Assembly: GCA_022340775.1 (NCBI GenBank)
Contig: JAJDNH010000087.1
Location: forward strand, 23,440 to 87,439
Origin: Acidobacteriota bacterium
Lineage (GTDB): Bacteria; Acidobacteriota; Thermoanaerobaculia; Thermoanaerobaculales; Sulfomarinibacteraceae
Length of the DNA stretch: 64,000 bases
Direction: 5' to 3'
In this document: one piece after another, positions 1-8,662 of the stretch
Position numbering within the stretch: the stretch's first letter is position 1
Layout of the letters: each line of letters opens with the position of its first letter
Made by a program: the position numbers and the translations under genes
Notes under the pieces: model-generated
The model's input: only the letters and a program-made list of their open reading frames with translations
Told to the model about the DNA's origin: nothing
The model's database searches: none

Positions 1-599
1 ACCACGCATACACCGTCCCACAACCGGTGCACGGCGCACACGCCGCCCATCACGAAGGTGTTGAGCTGGAGGGTTTCGCAGGCGGTCCCAAGCGTCCCTG
101 CGCCGATACCCCGGAAAGGCGACGACACCAGCCGGACTCCGGGCCGGTGCAGGTGAGCCACCATGTCGTGGAGGTAGTTCGACCGAACGCGTACGTTGGA
201 GTCGCTGATCAGGATCAGCTCGCCTCGGGCGTGCGGCAGCATGTTGGCGAGGTTGTTGACCTTGGGGTTCAGACCTACCTCGCGGTGGCTCACCACGAGT
301 CGGGCCGGAACCTGCGGAAAGGCCGCCATCACGCGCCGGGCGACCTCGGCGGCGGGATCATCCGCATCCCGCACTCCGAGGAGCACCTCGAAGTCGGGGT
401 AGGCCAGAAGAAAAAAGGAGGCCAGGTTGGCCTCGAGGTTGGGATCGGCACCCCTGAGAGGCTTGAGGATGCTGACCCGGGGACGATAGAAGGGAAGAGA
501 TGGCTCAGGTGAAGCCAGGTGGTGCCGCTGAATCACCGCCATCAGGGCCACGAGGGCGAGACCCAGGAGCACCAGCGGGGTCAGGAGCGGCATCTCCAT
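1..599 (-). CDS. Glycosyltransferase family 2/21 (ceramide glucosyltransferase-like / HpnI-like), N-terminal part; 3' end outside window
   Basis: Not in the ORF track because it runs off the window edge. My translation of the minus strand from ATG at 599 gives MEMPLLTPLVLLGLALVALMAV (TM helix), then RPRVSILKPLRGADPNLEANLASFFLLAYPDFEVLLGVRDADDPA, NPKVNNLANM and ELILISDSNVRV. There is no stop down to position 1. From memory, the ILKPLxGxD / NPKxxNL pattern matches Glyco_transf_21-type enzymes. Confidence 0.6.
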   Translation of the reverse strand, partial: MEMPLLTPLVLLGLALVALMAVIQRHHLASPEPSLPFYRPRVSILKPLRGADPNLEANLASFFLLAYPDFEVLLGVRDADDPAAEVARRVMAAFPQVPARLVVSHREVGLNPKVNNLANMLPHARGELILISDSNVRVRSNYLHDMVAHLHRPGVRLVSSPFRGIGAGTLGTACETLQLNTFVMGGVCAVHRLWDGVCV

Positions 600-702
600 G
601 ACCGTGAGGGTAGGAGGAGGTGGTGAAGCCGGCATGAAGTCGGGCCATTGGGTGTCGTGTGGTGCCGCCGGCCCTGCCTTCCTGCCGCGATGCTAACCTG
701 TC

Positions 703-1950
703 GTGATGAGCATGGCAGTCGAGAGGGCCGAGCAGCGGATGCCGGGGGCAAGCCCGGTGGTCTCGGTGACCATGGGCTACGGACACCTCCGGGCTGCTTT
801 TGCTCTCGGGTCCGAGCTGGGGGTGCCGGTTGTAGAAGCGGACACGCCACCGCTTGCCGGCGCAGCCGACCTGCGCGTGTGGCGGTGGGCACGCCTGGCC
901 TATGAGGCGCTCTCCCGTTTGTCGCAACGACCTTTTGTGAGGTTCGTGGCGGGACCGGTCCTGGCACGGCTTACTCGAATCCCCCGTATCGACGGCAACC
1001 GCGATCTGTGCCGGCCCGACCTCGCGGCGCGCGCCCTCGCCGAGCTCGTCCGCCGAGGCTTCGGGCGCCGGCTGGCACAGGCGGCGGCCCGATGGGACGA
1101 GACCCTGGTCACGACCTTCTACATGCCGGCAGTCGCGGCCGACGCAGCCGGCCTCCAACGGGTCATCTGCGTGGTCACCGACACCGACGTGGCCCGCATC
1201 TGGGTGCCCCGCGCCCCGTCCGCCTCGCACATCGTCTACTGCGTTCCGGCGCGCCGCACCGCGCGACGGCTGATCGCCTACGGAGTCGCGCCGGAGATGG
1301 TGCACGTCACCGGCTTCCCGCTACCACCCGAGCTCGCCGCCTCGGCCGCGAGTGACCTCGAGCGCCGTCTCAATCGACTGACCAAAGACGGGAGCGAGCG
1401 GCAACCGCCTCGTCTCACTCTCGCCGTCGGCGGTGCCGGCGCGCAGGCTGAGCGAGCGCTGACCCTCACCCGTGCCGTCGTACCCCTGGTCCTGGCAGGA
1501 CGGCTTCGGCTCACCCTGGTCGCCGCTACACACCGAGACCTCGCCTCCGCCTTCCGCCGGGAGCTGGAGCGCGCTGGCTTGGACCCAGGCGGGCCCGAGG
1601 CCCAATCCGGCGTGCTGGTCGCCGACGCCGTCCCAACCTATCTGGAGCGCTTCAACTCGCTTCTTGCCGACACCGACCTGCTGTGGACCAAGCCCTCCGA
1701 GCTGAGCTTCTTCGCCGCTCTCGGGTTGCCGCTGCTTCTCGCACCGCCGGTCGGCGATCACGAGGAAGCCAACCGGGAGCTCGTCCTCGCGGCCGGCGCC
1801 GGCTTTGACCAGCCACCAGCATCGTTGTTCTCGTCCTGGCTCAGCGACCGCCTGGCCGACGCGAGCCTGGCGGCGGCGGCGAAGGCCGGCTTCGCGGCAC
1901 TGCCACGCGATGGCGCGGTGCGCATCGCTGACATCGTGTCCACATTGTGA
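703..1950 (+). CDS. Putative GT-B glycosyltransferase (MGDG-synthase / MurG-like)
   Basis: 415-aa ORF. The N-terminal VSVTMGYGHLRAAFALG resembles the G-x-G-H motif of MGDG_synth/GT28 enzymes. A later LTLAVGGAGAQAE resembles the second Rossmann half. It is divergent from the GT2/21 gene. Start is ambiguous (GTG 703, ATG 706, ATG 712). Confidence 0.45.
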   Translation: MMSMAVERAEQRMPGASPVVSVTMGYGHLRAAFALGSELGVPVVEADTPPLAGAADLRVWRWARLAYEALSRLSQRPFVRFVAGPVLARLTRIPRIDGNRDLCRPDLAARALAELVRRGFGRRLAQAAARWDETLVTTFYMPAVAADAAGLQRVICVVTDTDVARIWVPRAPSASHIVYCVPARRTARRLIAYGVAPEMVHVTGFPLPPELAASAASDLERRLNRLTKDGSERQPPRLTLAVGGAGAQAERALTLTRAVVPLVLAGRLRLTLVAATHRDLASAFRRELERAGLDPGGPEAQSGVLVADAVPTYLERFNSLLADTDLLWTKPSELSFFAALGLPLLLAPPVGDHEEANRELVLAAGAGFDQPPASLFSSWLSDRLADASLAAAAKAGFAALPRDGAVRIADIVSTL

Positions 1951-1988
1951 ATTCTCAATACGCTGTAAAGTAAGGGGATAGAACCGAG

Positions 1989-2060
1989 CTTTACGGCACC
2001 TTCATCTCCTGAACATCTTTACCCGCCCTTCATCCTCGCTTCACGCCAGCTTCACGGGCC
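1989..2060 (+). promoter_or_regulatory. Candidate Pho-box array: six 11-bp direct-repeat units with core CTTYAY
   Basis: The units are CTTTACGGCAC (1989), CTTCATCTCCT (2000), CTTTACCCGCC (2017), CTTCATCCTCG (2028), CTTCACGCCAG (2039) and CTTCACGGGCC (2050). Spacing is 11 bp except for one 17-bp step. The array sits 70-140 bp upstream of the porin start, next to phoU and a PhoB/PhoR-like pair. OmpR/PhoB-family regulators bind direct repeats with 11-bp periodicity. Confidence 0.5.
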
Positions 2061-2129
2061 CCGCCCAAGGTGCCCTCTAGCGGGCGGTTCCGCCCGACAC
2101 AGGGAGAACACAGGAACAAGGAGGGCTGT

Positions 2130-3425
2130 ATGAGGCTGATTCGCTGGACCGCACTGCTGGTCGTCGGGCTCGCGCTGATCACGAGCTCGGCCGCCGCTCA
2201 GGAAGCCACGAAGATGGACCCGCTGCTCAAGCTGCTGGTGGAGAAGGGCGTGGTCTCGCAGCAGGAGGCGCTCGCCCTGCAACGCGAGTACGCCGGCCGC
2301 CAGGCGGCCGAGGCGGAGCAGCAGCACGCACAGACCGTGAAGGTGGCCAAGGAAGCGGTGTCCGAGCTGCCGCCGGCCAAGGTCGAGCTGCCGAAGGCCC
2401 TTCAGGGCCTCAAGATCGGCATGCTGGCCTACATCTCGTACCAGGACGGAACCAAGTACTCGGGCGTACCGGGCGAGACCTCCGATTACAGCCGCTTCAC
2501 CCTCAAGCGCGGCTATTTTGATGTCAACAAGTCCATCACGTCTTCCCTCGACGCCCGAATCACCACCGACCTGCACCAGGATTCGACCGGCGATTGGAAG
2601 CCGCGCCTGAAGTACGTCTACGGCAAGTTCAAGTGGGCGGGCAGTGGCGTCGTGCAGAAGCCGTACGTCGAGTTCGGCCTCGCGCACATGCCGTGGCTCG
2701 ACTTCGAGGAGCACATCAACCGCTTCCGCATGCAGGACCCGATGTTCATGGAGAGGAACGGCCTCTTCAACTCGGCCGACGTCGGCGTGATGTTTGGCGG
2801 CAACTTCGGAAAGGACCTGCCCGCCGACTACAAGAAGAACGTGAACTCCCACTACGCAGGTAGTTACGGCTCGTTCCAAGTTGGCGTCTACAACGGAAAC
2901 GGCTACCACGCCGCAGAGGCCAACACGAACAAGGTGCTCGAAGGCCGTGTGTCGCTGCGCCCGCTGCCGGACTCGCTGCCCGGCCTACAGTTCTCCGCGT
3001 TCGGGATCAACGGCAAGGGCAACACCGCCGCCGAGCCCGACTGGAACCTGTTCGCATTCATGACCAGCTACGAGTCCCCGCGCTGGGTGGCGACCGCTCA
3101 GTACTTCTCGGGCACCGGCAACCAGAGCGGTAGCGCCATTGATTCGACCGGTGCGTCGGTCGACCGCAAGGGTTACTCACTGTTCACCGAAGTGCGGTTC
3201 GGACAGAACGCCGAGTACAGCTTCATCGGCCGTTACGACCATTTCGACCCCAACAGCAGCGGTCCGTCTACGACCGACGACATCCAGAAGCGGTGGATCG
3301 CCGGCGTTGCGTGGCAGTTCGCGCACGGCAACTACTGGCTTCTCGACTACGAGAGCCTGAGCCACGACATTCCGAGCATCCCAAATGAGAACCGTCTCCA
3401 GCTGACGCTCCAGCTGAGCTACTGA
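2130..3425 (+). CDS. Outer-membrane porin, phosphate-selective porin O/P-like
   Basis: Start trimmed to ATG 2130, with AAGGAGG 7 nt upstream. Signal peptide MRLIRWTALLVVGLALITSSAAAQE. The sequence is Gly/Tyr/Asn-rich in a beta-barrel-like way and ends in ...LQLSY (aromatic C-terminus). It lies directly upstream of phoU and the phoB/R-like genes. Confidence 0.6.
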   Translation: MRLIRWTALLVVGLALITSSAAAQEATKMDPLLKLLVEKGVVSQQEALALQREYAGRQAAEAEQQHAQTVKVAKEAVSELPPAKVELPKALQGLKIGMLAYISYQDGTKYSGVPGETSDYSRFTLKRGYFDVNKSITSSLDARITTDLHQDSTGDWKPRLKYVYGKFKWAGSGVVQKPYVEFGLAHMPWLDFEEHINRFRMQDPMFMERNGLFNSADVGVMFGGNFGKDLPADYKKNVNSHYAGSYGSFQVGVYNGNGYHAAEANTNKVLEGRVSLRPLPDSLPGLQFSAFGINGKGNTAAEPDWNLFAFMTSYESPRWVATAQYFSGTGNQSGSAIDSTGASVDRKGYSLFTEVRFGQNAEYSFIGRYDHFDPNSSGPSTTDDIQKRWIAGVAWQFAHGNYWLLDYESLSHDIPSIPNENRLQLTLQLSY

Positions 3426-3493
3426 AGGAGCCACGCCGCTCTCATACCAACCCTCCCCGGGCGGCCCGGCCAGCGCTCATTCGGGAGGAGGAT

Positions 3494-3516
3494 GCGCCCC
3501 GCACGCCGCGGGGCGC
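3494..3516 (+). terminator. GC-rich hairpin downstream of the porin (possible terminator)
   Basis: GCGCCCCGC-acgcc-GCGGGGCGC forms a perfect 9-bp stem with a 5-nt loop, 69 nt after the porin stop. The trailing U-tract is weak (gtcccttatc). Confidence 0.35.
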
Positions 3517-3638
3517 GTCCCTTATCATCCGAAAGGGTTTACGATGGTTCATGTGATCCGGGCAGGAAGGCGCCGTTGGCAGGGGTGGAGCTGTCATCCT
3601 GCGGCCGGCGCATCTTCCGGCGGACGGGAAGGTTACGA

Positions 3639-4307
3639 ATGATGCGTCGACAATTCGAGGAAGAGCTGAACGGCCTGAAGACCTCCGTGCTGACGATGGC
3701 CGGCCTGGTTGAGAGGAGTCTGGAGGAGGTCAACCGGGCCCTCGTCGGCCGTGACTCGGCGCTGGCGAATGCTGTCATCGCCATGGACGACGAGATTGAC
3801 GCCTATGAGGTGACGATCGATCACCTCGCCACCGAGTTCATCGTCCGTCACCAGCCGGCCGCGACCGACCTGCGGTTCGTGGTCGTCGCAATCAAGCTCG
3901 GTCCCGAGCTCGAACGGATCGGCGATCACGCCGTCAACATCGCGGAGCGTGTCCTGGAGCTCAACCAGCAACCCCTGCTCAAGCCGCTTTACGACCTGCC
4001 TCGGATGGTCAACCTCGCCCAAGCGATGGTGTCGGACGCCATCGGCGCCTATGTGGCCAGGGACCCCGAGGCGGCGCGCGATGTCATCCGCCGGGACGAC
4101 GAGGTCGACCACCTGTACATCCATCTGTTCCGCGAGCTTCTGACGTTCATGATGGAGGATCCGCGCACGATCACCCGGGCCATCAACCTGATCTTTGTCG
4201 CCCGCTTTGCGGAGCGCATCGCCGACCAGGCCACCAACATCGCGGAGGAGGTCGTCTACCTGGTTGAGGGTACGCCGATCCGCCATCAGAAGATTGACGG
4301 CGAGTGA
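3639..4307 (+). CDS. phoU: Phosphate signalling complex protein PhoU
   Basis: Start trimmed to ATG 3639 (MMRRQFEEELNGLK...). It has two PhoU repeats with the conserved E..RIGDHAVNIAE and ERIADQATNIAE motifs. Confidence 0.85.
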   Translation: MMRRQFEEELNGLKTSVLTMAGLVERSLEEVNRALVGRDSALANAVIAMDDEIDAYEVTIDHLATEFIVRHQPAATDLRFVVVAIKLGPELERIGDHAVNIAERVLELNQQPLLKPLYDLPRMVNLAQAMVSDAIGAYVARDPEAARDVIRRDDEVDHLYIHLFRELLTFMMEDPRTITRAINLIFVARFAERIADQATNIAEEVVYLVEGTPIRHQKIDGE

Positions 4308-4372
4308 GCCGCGAATGATGTCACCCCTACCGTTCCTCCGCACCAGGGCGGGATGTCGCACTGGAGGCTGAG

Positions 4373-5059
4373 ATGCCGGACACCACCATCGTGCTGGTCG
4401 AAGACGACGAGGATCTTGCCGCCTCGCTGAGCCTGGCCTTGGGGCGCGAGGGGTACGCGTTGCGGCACTTCGGGAACGGCACCAGCGGGCTCGCCGGCAT
4501 CCTCGACGAGCCGCCGGACCTGGTATTGCTGGACCTCAACCTGCCCGACATCGACGGCCTCGCGCTGTGCCGCGAGCTCAGGACGACACCGGCCGTCCGC
4601 GACCTCCCGATCATTATGCTGACCGCACGCGCCGAGGAGCGTGACCGGGTCACCGGGCTCGACCTCGGCGCCGACGACTACGTCACCAAGCCATTCTCGC
4701 TGCGCGAGCTGAAGAGCCGGATCAGGGCCCAGCTGCGGCGCCGCACCCTCGACCAGGGCGTGCCCGAGAACGCCTACAGCGACCAGCGGCTCACGGTGCG
4801 CCGCGACGCGATGGACGTCCAGCTGGACGGCCGTCCGGTGCGGCTGACCGCGCGCGAGCTCGATCTGCTGTGGTTTCTGATCACCAACCGACCGCGGGTA
4901 GTGACCCGCGAACACATCCTGGAGCGCGTGTGGGGGTTGTCCACCGACATCGAGACTCGGACGGTGGACGTCCACGTCCGCGCTCTGCGCCGCAAGCTGG
5001 GGGCCGAGTGCATCGAGACCCTGATCGGCGCCGGCTACCGCTTCCGAGGGTACGAATGA
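4373..5059 (+). CDS. phoB: OmpR/PhoB-family response regulator (likely phosphate regulon)
   Basis: 228 aa. Receiver domain with ...DLVLLDLNLPDIDGL...ADDYVTKPF. Winged-helix output domain with LTARELDLLWFL...VDVHVRALRRKL...GAGYRF. It sits between phoU and the kinase, with an ATGA overlap onto the kinase gene. Confidence 0.7.
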   Translation: MPDTTIVLVEDDEDLAASLSLALGREGYALRHFGNGTSGLAGILDEPPDLVLLDLNLPDIDGLALCRELRTTPAVRDLPIIMLTARAEERDRVTGLDLGADDYVTKPFSLRELKSRIRAQLRRRTLDQGVPENAYSDQRLTVRRDAMDVQLDGRPVRLTARELDLLWFLITNRPRVVTREHILERVWGLSTDIETRTVDVHVRALRRKLGAECIETLIGAGYRFRGYE

Positions 5060-6342
5060 GTGCGCTGCGCCACCTCGTGATCGTGGTCGCCTCGTCGCTG
5101 CCCCTGCTGATCGCGGTCGTCCTCGCTACCGCGCACGCGGGGATGGGTGCCGTCATCGCCGGCTTCCTGGTCTGGCTCCTCGGAGTCACGGTGCTCAGCG
5201 CCACGGTCTGGCGCGAGACGGTGCGGCCGCTGAGTGACCTGCTCGACGCCCTCGGCACCCGTACCGGCCACCTGGCCCGGTGGCAGCTGCGCCTGCTGCA
5301 GGACGAGGCGGCCACGTGCCGCGAAGAGCGGGGCGCAATGGCCGACCTGATCGAGGATCTTTCCGCCGGCCTCGGTGACGGCCTGGTGGTCGTCGACACC
5401 GACCTCAAGGTGCGCCTGATCAACCAGGTGGCGCTCCGCTTCTGCGGCTGGGAAGAGGTCCGTACGGGTGCCCAGCTGGTCGAGGTGCTGCGCGACCCCG
5501 AGGCGCTGGCTGTGGTCCACTCCGCCGCAGCCGGCCGGCAACCGCAGCCGGTCGTGATCGAGAACCCGCGCGGGGTGTGGGAAGTACGGGCCTTCCCGGT
5601 GCGCCGCGGGGGCGCCGTGGTTCTGCTGACCGAGGTCTCGTCGGCGCGGCGTGCGGCCGAGCTCCGTCGCCGCTTCGTACAGGACCTCTCGCACGAGCTC
5701 CGTTCGCCGCTGGCTGTGCTGAGGACCACGGTCGAGGCGCTGGCCGAAGAGGTTGACCCTGCAAGCGCCGACCTGCTCGTCCGTCAGGTGGAGCGGATCA
5801 CGCTGCTGTCCGAAGAGCTCCATGAGCTCGCCGTCATCGAGGCCGGTGAGCTGCAGCTGCAGGTGGAAGAGGTCGACGTCAGTGGGCTGGTCAACGCCGT
5901 GATCAAGGACTTCCGCAGCCTCGCCGACCGCGGCGGGGTGCGGGTGGAGGTCCTGATCCCCGCCGACCTGAAGGTGAGGAGCGACCGGAGGGCGCTGTCC
6001 AGGGTGCTCGGCAACCTGATCGACAACGCCATCAAGTACAACCGAGAGGGTGGCTGGGTCCGCGTGCGGGCGTCGCGCGCCGATCACGCCGTTACCCTTG
6101 AAGTTGCCGACAGCGGCCAGGGAATCCCTCCGGATGAGCTGTCGGCGGTCACCCAGCGCTTCTATCGGGTCGACCGCGGCCGCACGCCCGGCAGCGGCGG
6201 CCTCGGCCTCGGCCTGGCTATCGTCAAGCACCTGGTACAGCGGCTGGGCGGCAAGATCGAGCTCGACTCACGGGTCGACGTCGGCACCACCGTGCGGATG
6301 GTGCTGCCCACGCTCCCGCCCGGTGACGGAGTGACGGAGTGA
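5056..6342 (+). CDS. phoR: Sensor histidine kinase, PhoR-like
   Basis: Start trimmed to ATG 5056, which overlaps the regulator stop. Two N-terminal TM helices are followed by a PAS-like segment. H-box FVQDLSHELRSPLAVL. N/G boxes NLIDNAIKYN and DSGQGIP...GGLGLGLAIVK. Confidence 0.65.
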   Translation: MSALRHLVIVVASSLPLLIAVVLATAHAGMGAVIAGFLVWLLGVTVLSATVWRETVRPLSDLLDALGTRTGHLARWQLRLLQDEAATCREERGAMADLIEDLSAGLGDGLVVVDTDLKVRLINQVALRFCGWEEVRTGAQLVEVLRDPEALAVVHSAAAGRQPQPVVIENPRGVWEVRAFPVRRGGAVVLLTEVSSARRAAELRRRFVQDLSHELRSPLAVLRTTVEALAEEVDPASADLLVRQVERITLLSEELHELAVIEAGELQLQVEEVDVSGLVNAVIKDFRSLADRGGVRVEVLIPADLKVRSDRRALSRVLGNLIDNAIKYNREGGWVRVRASRADHAVTLEVADSGQGIPPDELSAVTQRFYRVDRGRTPGSGGLGLGLAIVKHLVQRLGGKIELDSRVDVGTTVRMVLPTLPPGDGVTE

Positions 6343-6399
6343 GGGAGACCCCTACGCACCCAAGGAACACGAACGGTGAGTGCTCCGGAGAGGCTTTCC

Positions 6400-7332
6400 T
6401 CAGCCGCCATTCTCCAGGCCGAGAAGATCGGACAGCAAGTCAAAGGCGAGCCGTGTGCGGACGCCCGGAGCGAGGGGATCGAGCTCCGGAATCAAGGTAA
6501 CGCGGTAGGCTACCGTACGCTCCTCGGCCGCCATCTCCGCGCGCGTCCACGGAAACCCCGGACCGAACTCTGCGACCCACCCTGCTCCGTCAGCAGCTAC
6601 ACTTGCAACCACCTCGCCGCCGCCTTCGAGGCGCAGCAGTAGCTCCTGTCCGTGCGGTTCGACTGTCCGCACATCCTCCCTGCGGCCGAGCACCCGCTCG
6701 TGGTCGCGCCAGCCCTGCCCCGTCAGGGCGAGAGCGCGCCGGACCTCGAGTGTGGCGGGCCGCGCTCCGGCCTCCAGGCCGAGACCTTCCAGTATCGCCG
6801 CGTCGACCCGCTGGGCGCGCACCAGGAGCGTCTCGAGCCGGTCCCGCCCCGCAGGAGCCCGGACTCGGCAGAACGGGTCTTCGGCCTCGATCACACCGTC
6901 GCGGAGCAAATACCGCGCCGACGTCGAGAACCAAAGAAGGTCGAACGGCCTCTCTGGGGACGCTTCGGGTGGTCCGGTGGTCGACAGGAGGAGGCGCTCC
7001 TCGCCGGCTGCCTCGCGGAGCACCCCGTCTGTCGACAGCCGATAGACTCCGTCTATCGCATCTTGCGCCTCGGCGGTCACCACCGCCGGGACCCCCGGCG
7101 CCGCCAGCCACTCCTCGCCACCGACGTAGGGCCACGTTGCCGCGAACGCGGACCCGTTGGCGGCGGCCGCACCGAGCAGGTGCTCGAGGACGGCGCCGGC
7201 CTCCCGGAGGCCTCTGACCCAGCCCCGCTCGATGACCTCCTCGGGAGACGGCGCATCCCCCTCCATGCCAAGGCGCAGCGGCATCCTCACCAGCTGTGCT
7301 GCGGCACGCGTCGCGGCCAGCGGTGCGTTCAC
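6400..7332 (-). CDS. Hypothetical protein
   Basis: 310-aa ORF. Its ATG overlaps the stop of the upstream enoyl-CoA hydratase gene (ATGA). I recognised no motif. GC3 looks coding-like. Confidence 0.5.
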   Translation of the reverse strand: MNAPLAATRAAAQLVRMPLRLGMEGDAPSPEEVIERGWVRGLREAGAVLEHLLGAAAANGSAFAATWPYVGGEEWLAAPGVPAVVTAEAQDAIDGVYRLSTDGVLREAAGEERLLLSTTGPPEASPERPFDLLWFSTSARYLLRDGVIEAEDPFCRVRAPAGRDRLETLLVRAQRVDAAILEGLGLEAGARPATLEVRRALALTGQGWRDHERVLGRREDVRTVEPHGQELLLRLEGGGEVVASVAADGAGWVAEFGPGFPWTRAEMAAEERTVAYRVTLIPELDPLAPGVRTRLAFDLLSDLLGLENGG

Positions 7333-8087
7333 GACTCCAGGCGGCGGACCACGCCGGCAATGCGATCCTGCGTGTCCTCCTCAAGCCAGCACTCGATGAA
7401 GGTGTCGACTCCTGCCGCCGCATCGCGCCGCGCCGCTTCCCACGACTCTCCGAACAGGGACCGCTTGGCCTCGGCATAGGCGCGAGCCGACTTCAGCTGC
7501 AGGGAGTAGAGCTCGCGCTCCGCCTCGTCCTCCACCGGGCGATCCACAGCTACTCCCTGAATCACTCCCAGCTGGGCAGCCTTCTGCACCCTGAAGCCGT
7601 CGCCTTGCAGGATCAGCTCCGCAGCCGCCGCCCCGAGGCGTGCCGTCAGCATCCGTACGCACCCGGCCGGCACCGGCACCCCGAGATTGATCTCCGAGAG
7701 GCCGATGCGAGCCCGTCCCGCCGCCATGATGCGGACATCGCAGGCCATGGCCAGCAAGCAGCCGCCGGCGATGGCATGGCCGCCGACCGCGGCCGCGGTC
7801 GGTCCCGGGTAGGAGAAAAGATCGAGGATCAAGGATTCGAACAGCTCCAGAAAAGCACCCACCTCGTCGCGCCCGGCCCCGTACAGGCGCTTGAGGTCCC
7901 ACCCGGGCGAGAAGATCGTCGGGTGGGCGGACGCCAGCAGCAGCGGCGGCGCACCGCCCTCGCGCTGATCAGCGACCGCCGAGCAGAGGGCCTCCATCAG
8001 TGGCTCGTTGATAGCGTTCGCTCCGCGCTGCATGGTCAACCTGGTGATCCCCTTGGACGTCGTGACCTCGAGCAGCTCCTCGCTCAT
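7329..8087 (-). CDS. Enoyl-CoA hydratase/isomerase (crotonase) family protein
   Basis: 252 aa. Crotonase signature ...AAVGGHAIAGGCLLAMACDVRIMA... Its ATG overlaps the pdxT stop (ATGA). Confidence 0.8.
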   Translation of the reverse strand: MSEELLEVTTSKGITRLTMQRGANAINEPLMEALCSAVADQREGGAPPLLLASAHPTIFSPGWDLKRLYGAGRDEVGAFLELFESLILDLFSYPGPTAAAVGGHAIAGGCLLAMACDVRIMAAGRARIGLSEINLGVPVPAGCVRMLTARLGAAAAELILQGDGFRVQKAAQLGVIQGVAVDRPVEDEAERELYSLQLKSARAYAEAKRSLFGESWEAARRDAAAGVDTFIECWLEEDTQDRIAGVVRRLES

Positions 8088-8662
8088 CGGCTTCCTCCAA
8101 TGCGGCGCAGGAAGCGCCGCTGGACGCGATCATCGTCGGTCAGCTCGGGATGGAACGTCGCCGCCAGAACCGCGCCCTGTTCCAGGAGCACCGGATCCTC
8201 GCCGCGCCAGCCGAGCACCGTCACCCCGGGGCCTGTGCGCCGCACGCGTGGGGCACGGATGAATACGCCCTCCATCGTCGGCCCGTCACCGAGCTCCTTC
8301 GCGGCACGCACCTCGACCACCGCCGACGCCAGCTGGCGCCCATAGGCGTTCCGCTCGATCGTGACATCGAGGAGGCGGAGGCTGGGTTGCTCCGGAACCA
8401 CCTCGCGCGCGAGCAGAATGATGCCTGCGCAGGTGGCAAGGACCGGGAGTCCGGTCTCGATCCGGGTGCGCAAGGCATCGGTCATGGCGCCGTGATCGAG
8501 CAGGTTGAGCATCGTGGTGGACTCCCCGCCCGGCAGCACCAGGCCGTCGACGGCGTCAAGCTCCGGCGCCGTGCGGACCGGCTCGGCCGCACCTCCGGCG
8601 CGGGCCAATGCTGCGGCGTGCGCCTGCCAGTCTCCCTGGAGGGCGAGCACGCCGACCCGCAT
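8084..8662 (-). CDS. pdxT: Pyridoxal 5'-phosphate synthase glutaminase subunit PdxT
   Basis: [15 protein letters not shown]..., VLPGGESTT, CAGIILLA (catalytic Cys), ...HPELT. ATG at 8662 shares one base with the pdxS TGA (TGATG). Confidence 0.85.
   Translation of the reverse strand: MRVGVLALQGDWQAHAAALARAGGAAEPVRTAPELDAVDGLVLPGGESTTMLNLLDHGAMTDALRTRIETGLPVLATCAGIILLAREVVPEQPSLRLLDVTIERNAYGRQLASAVVEVRAAKELGDGPTMEGVFIRAPRVRRTGPGVTVLGWRGEDPVLLEQGAVLAATFHPELTDDDRVQRRFLRRIGGSR

Noticed and set aside
27-1305. ORFs 27-512 (+), 505-1305 (-) and 581-967 (-)
   Set aside because: They overlap the two glycosyltransferase genes in wrong frames or strands. Their compositions are low-complexity Arg/Gly/Pro.
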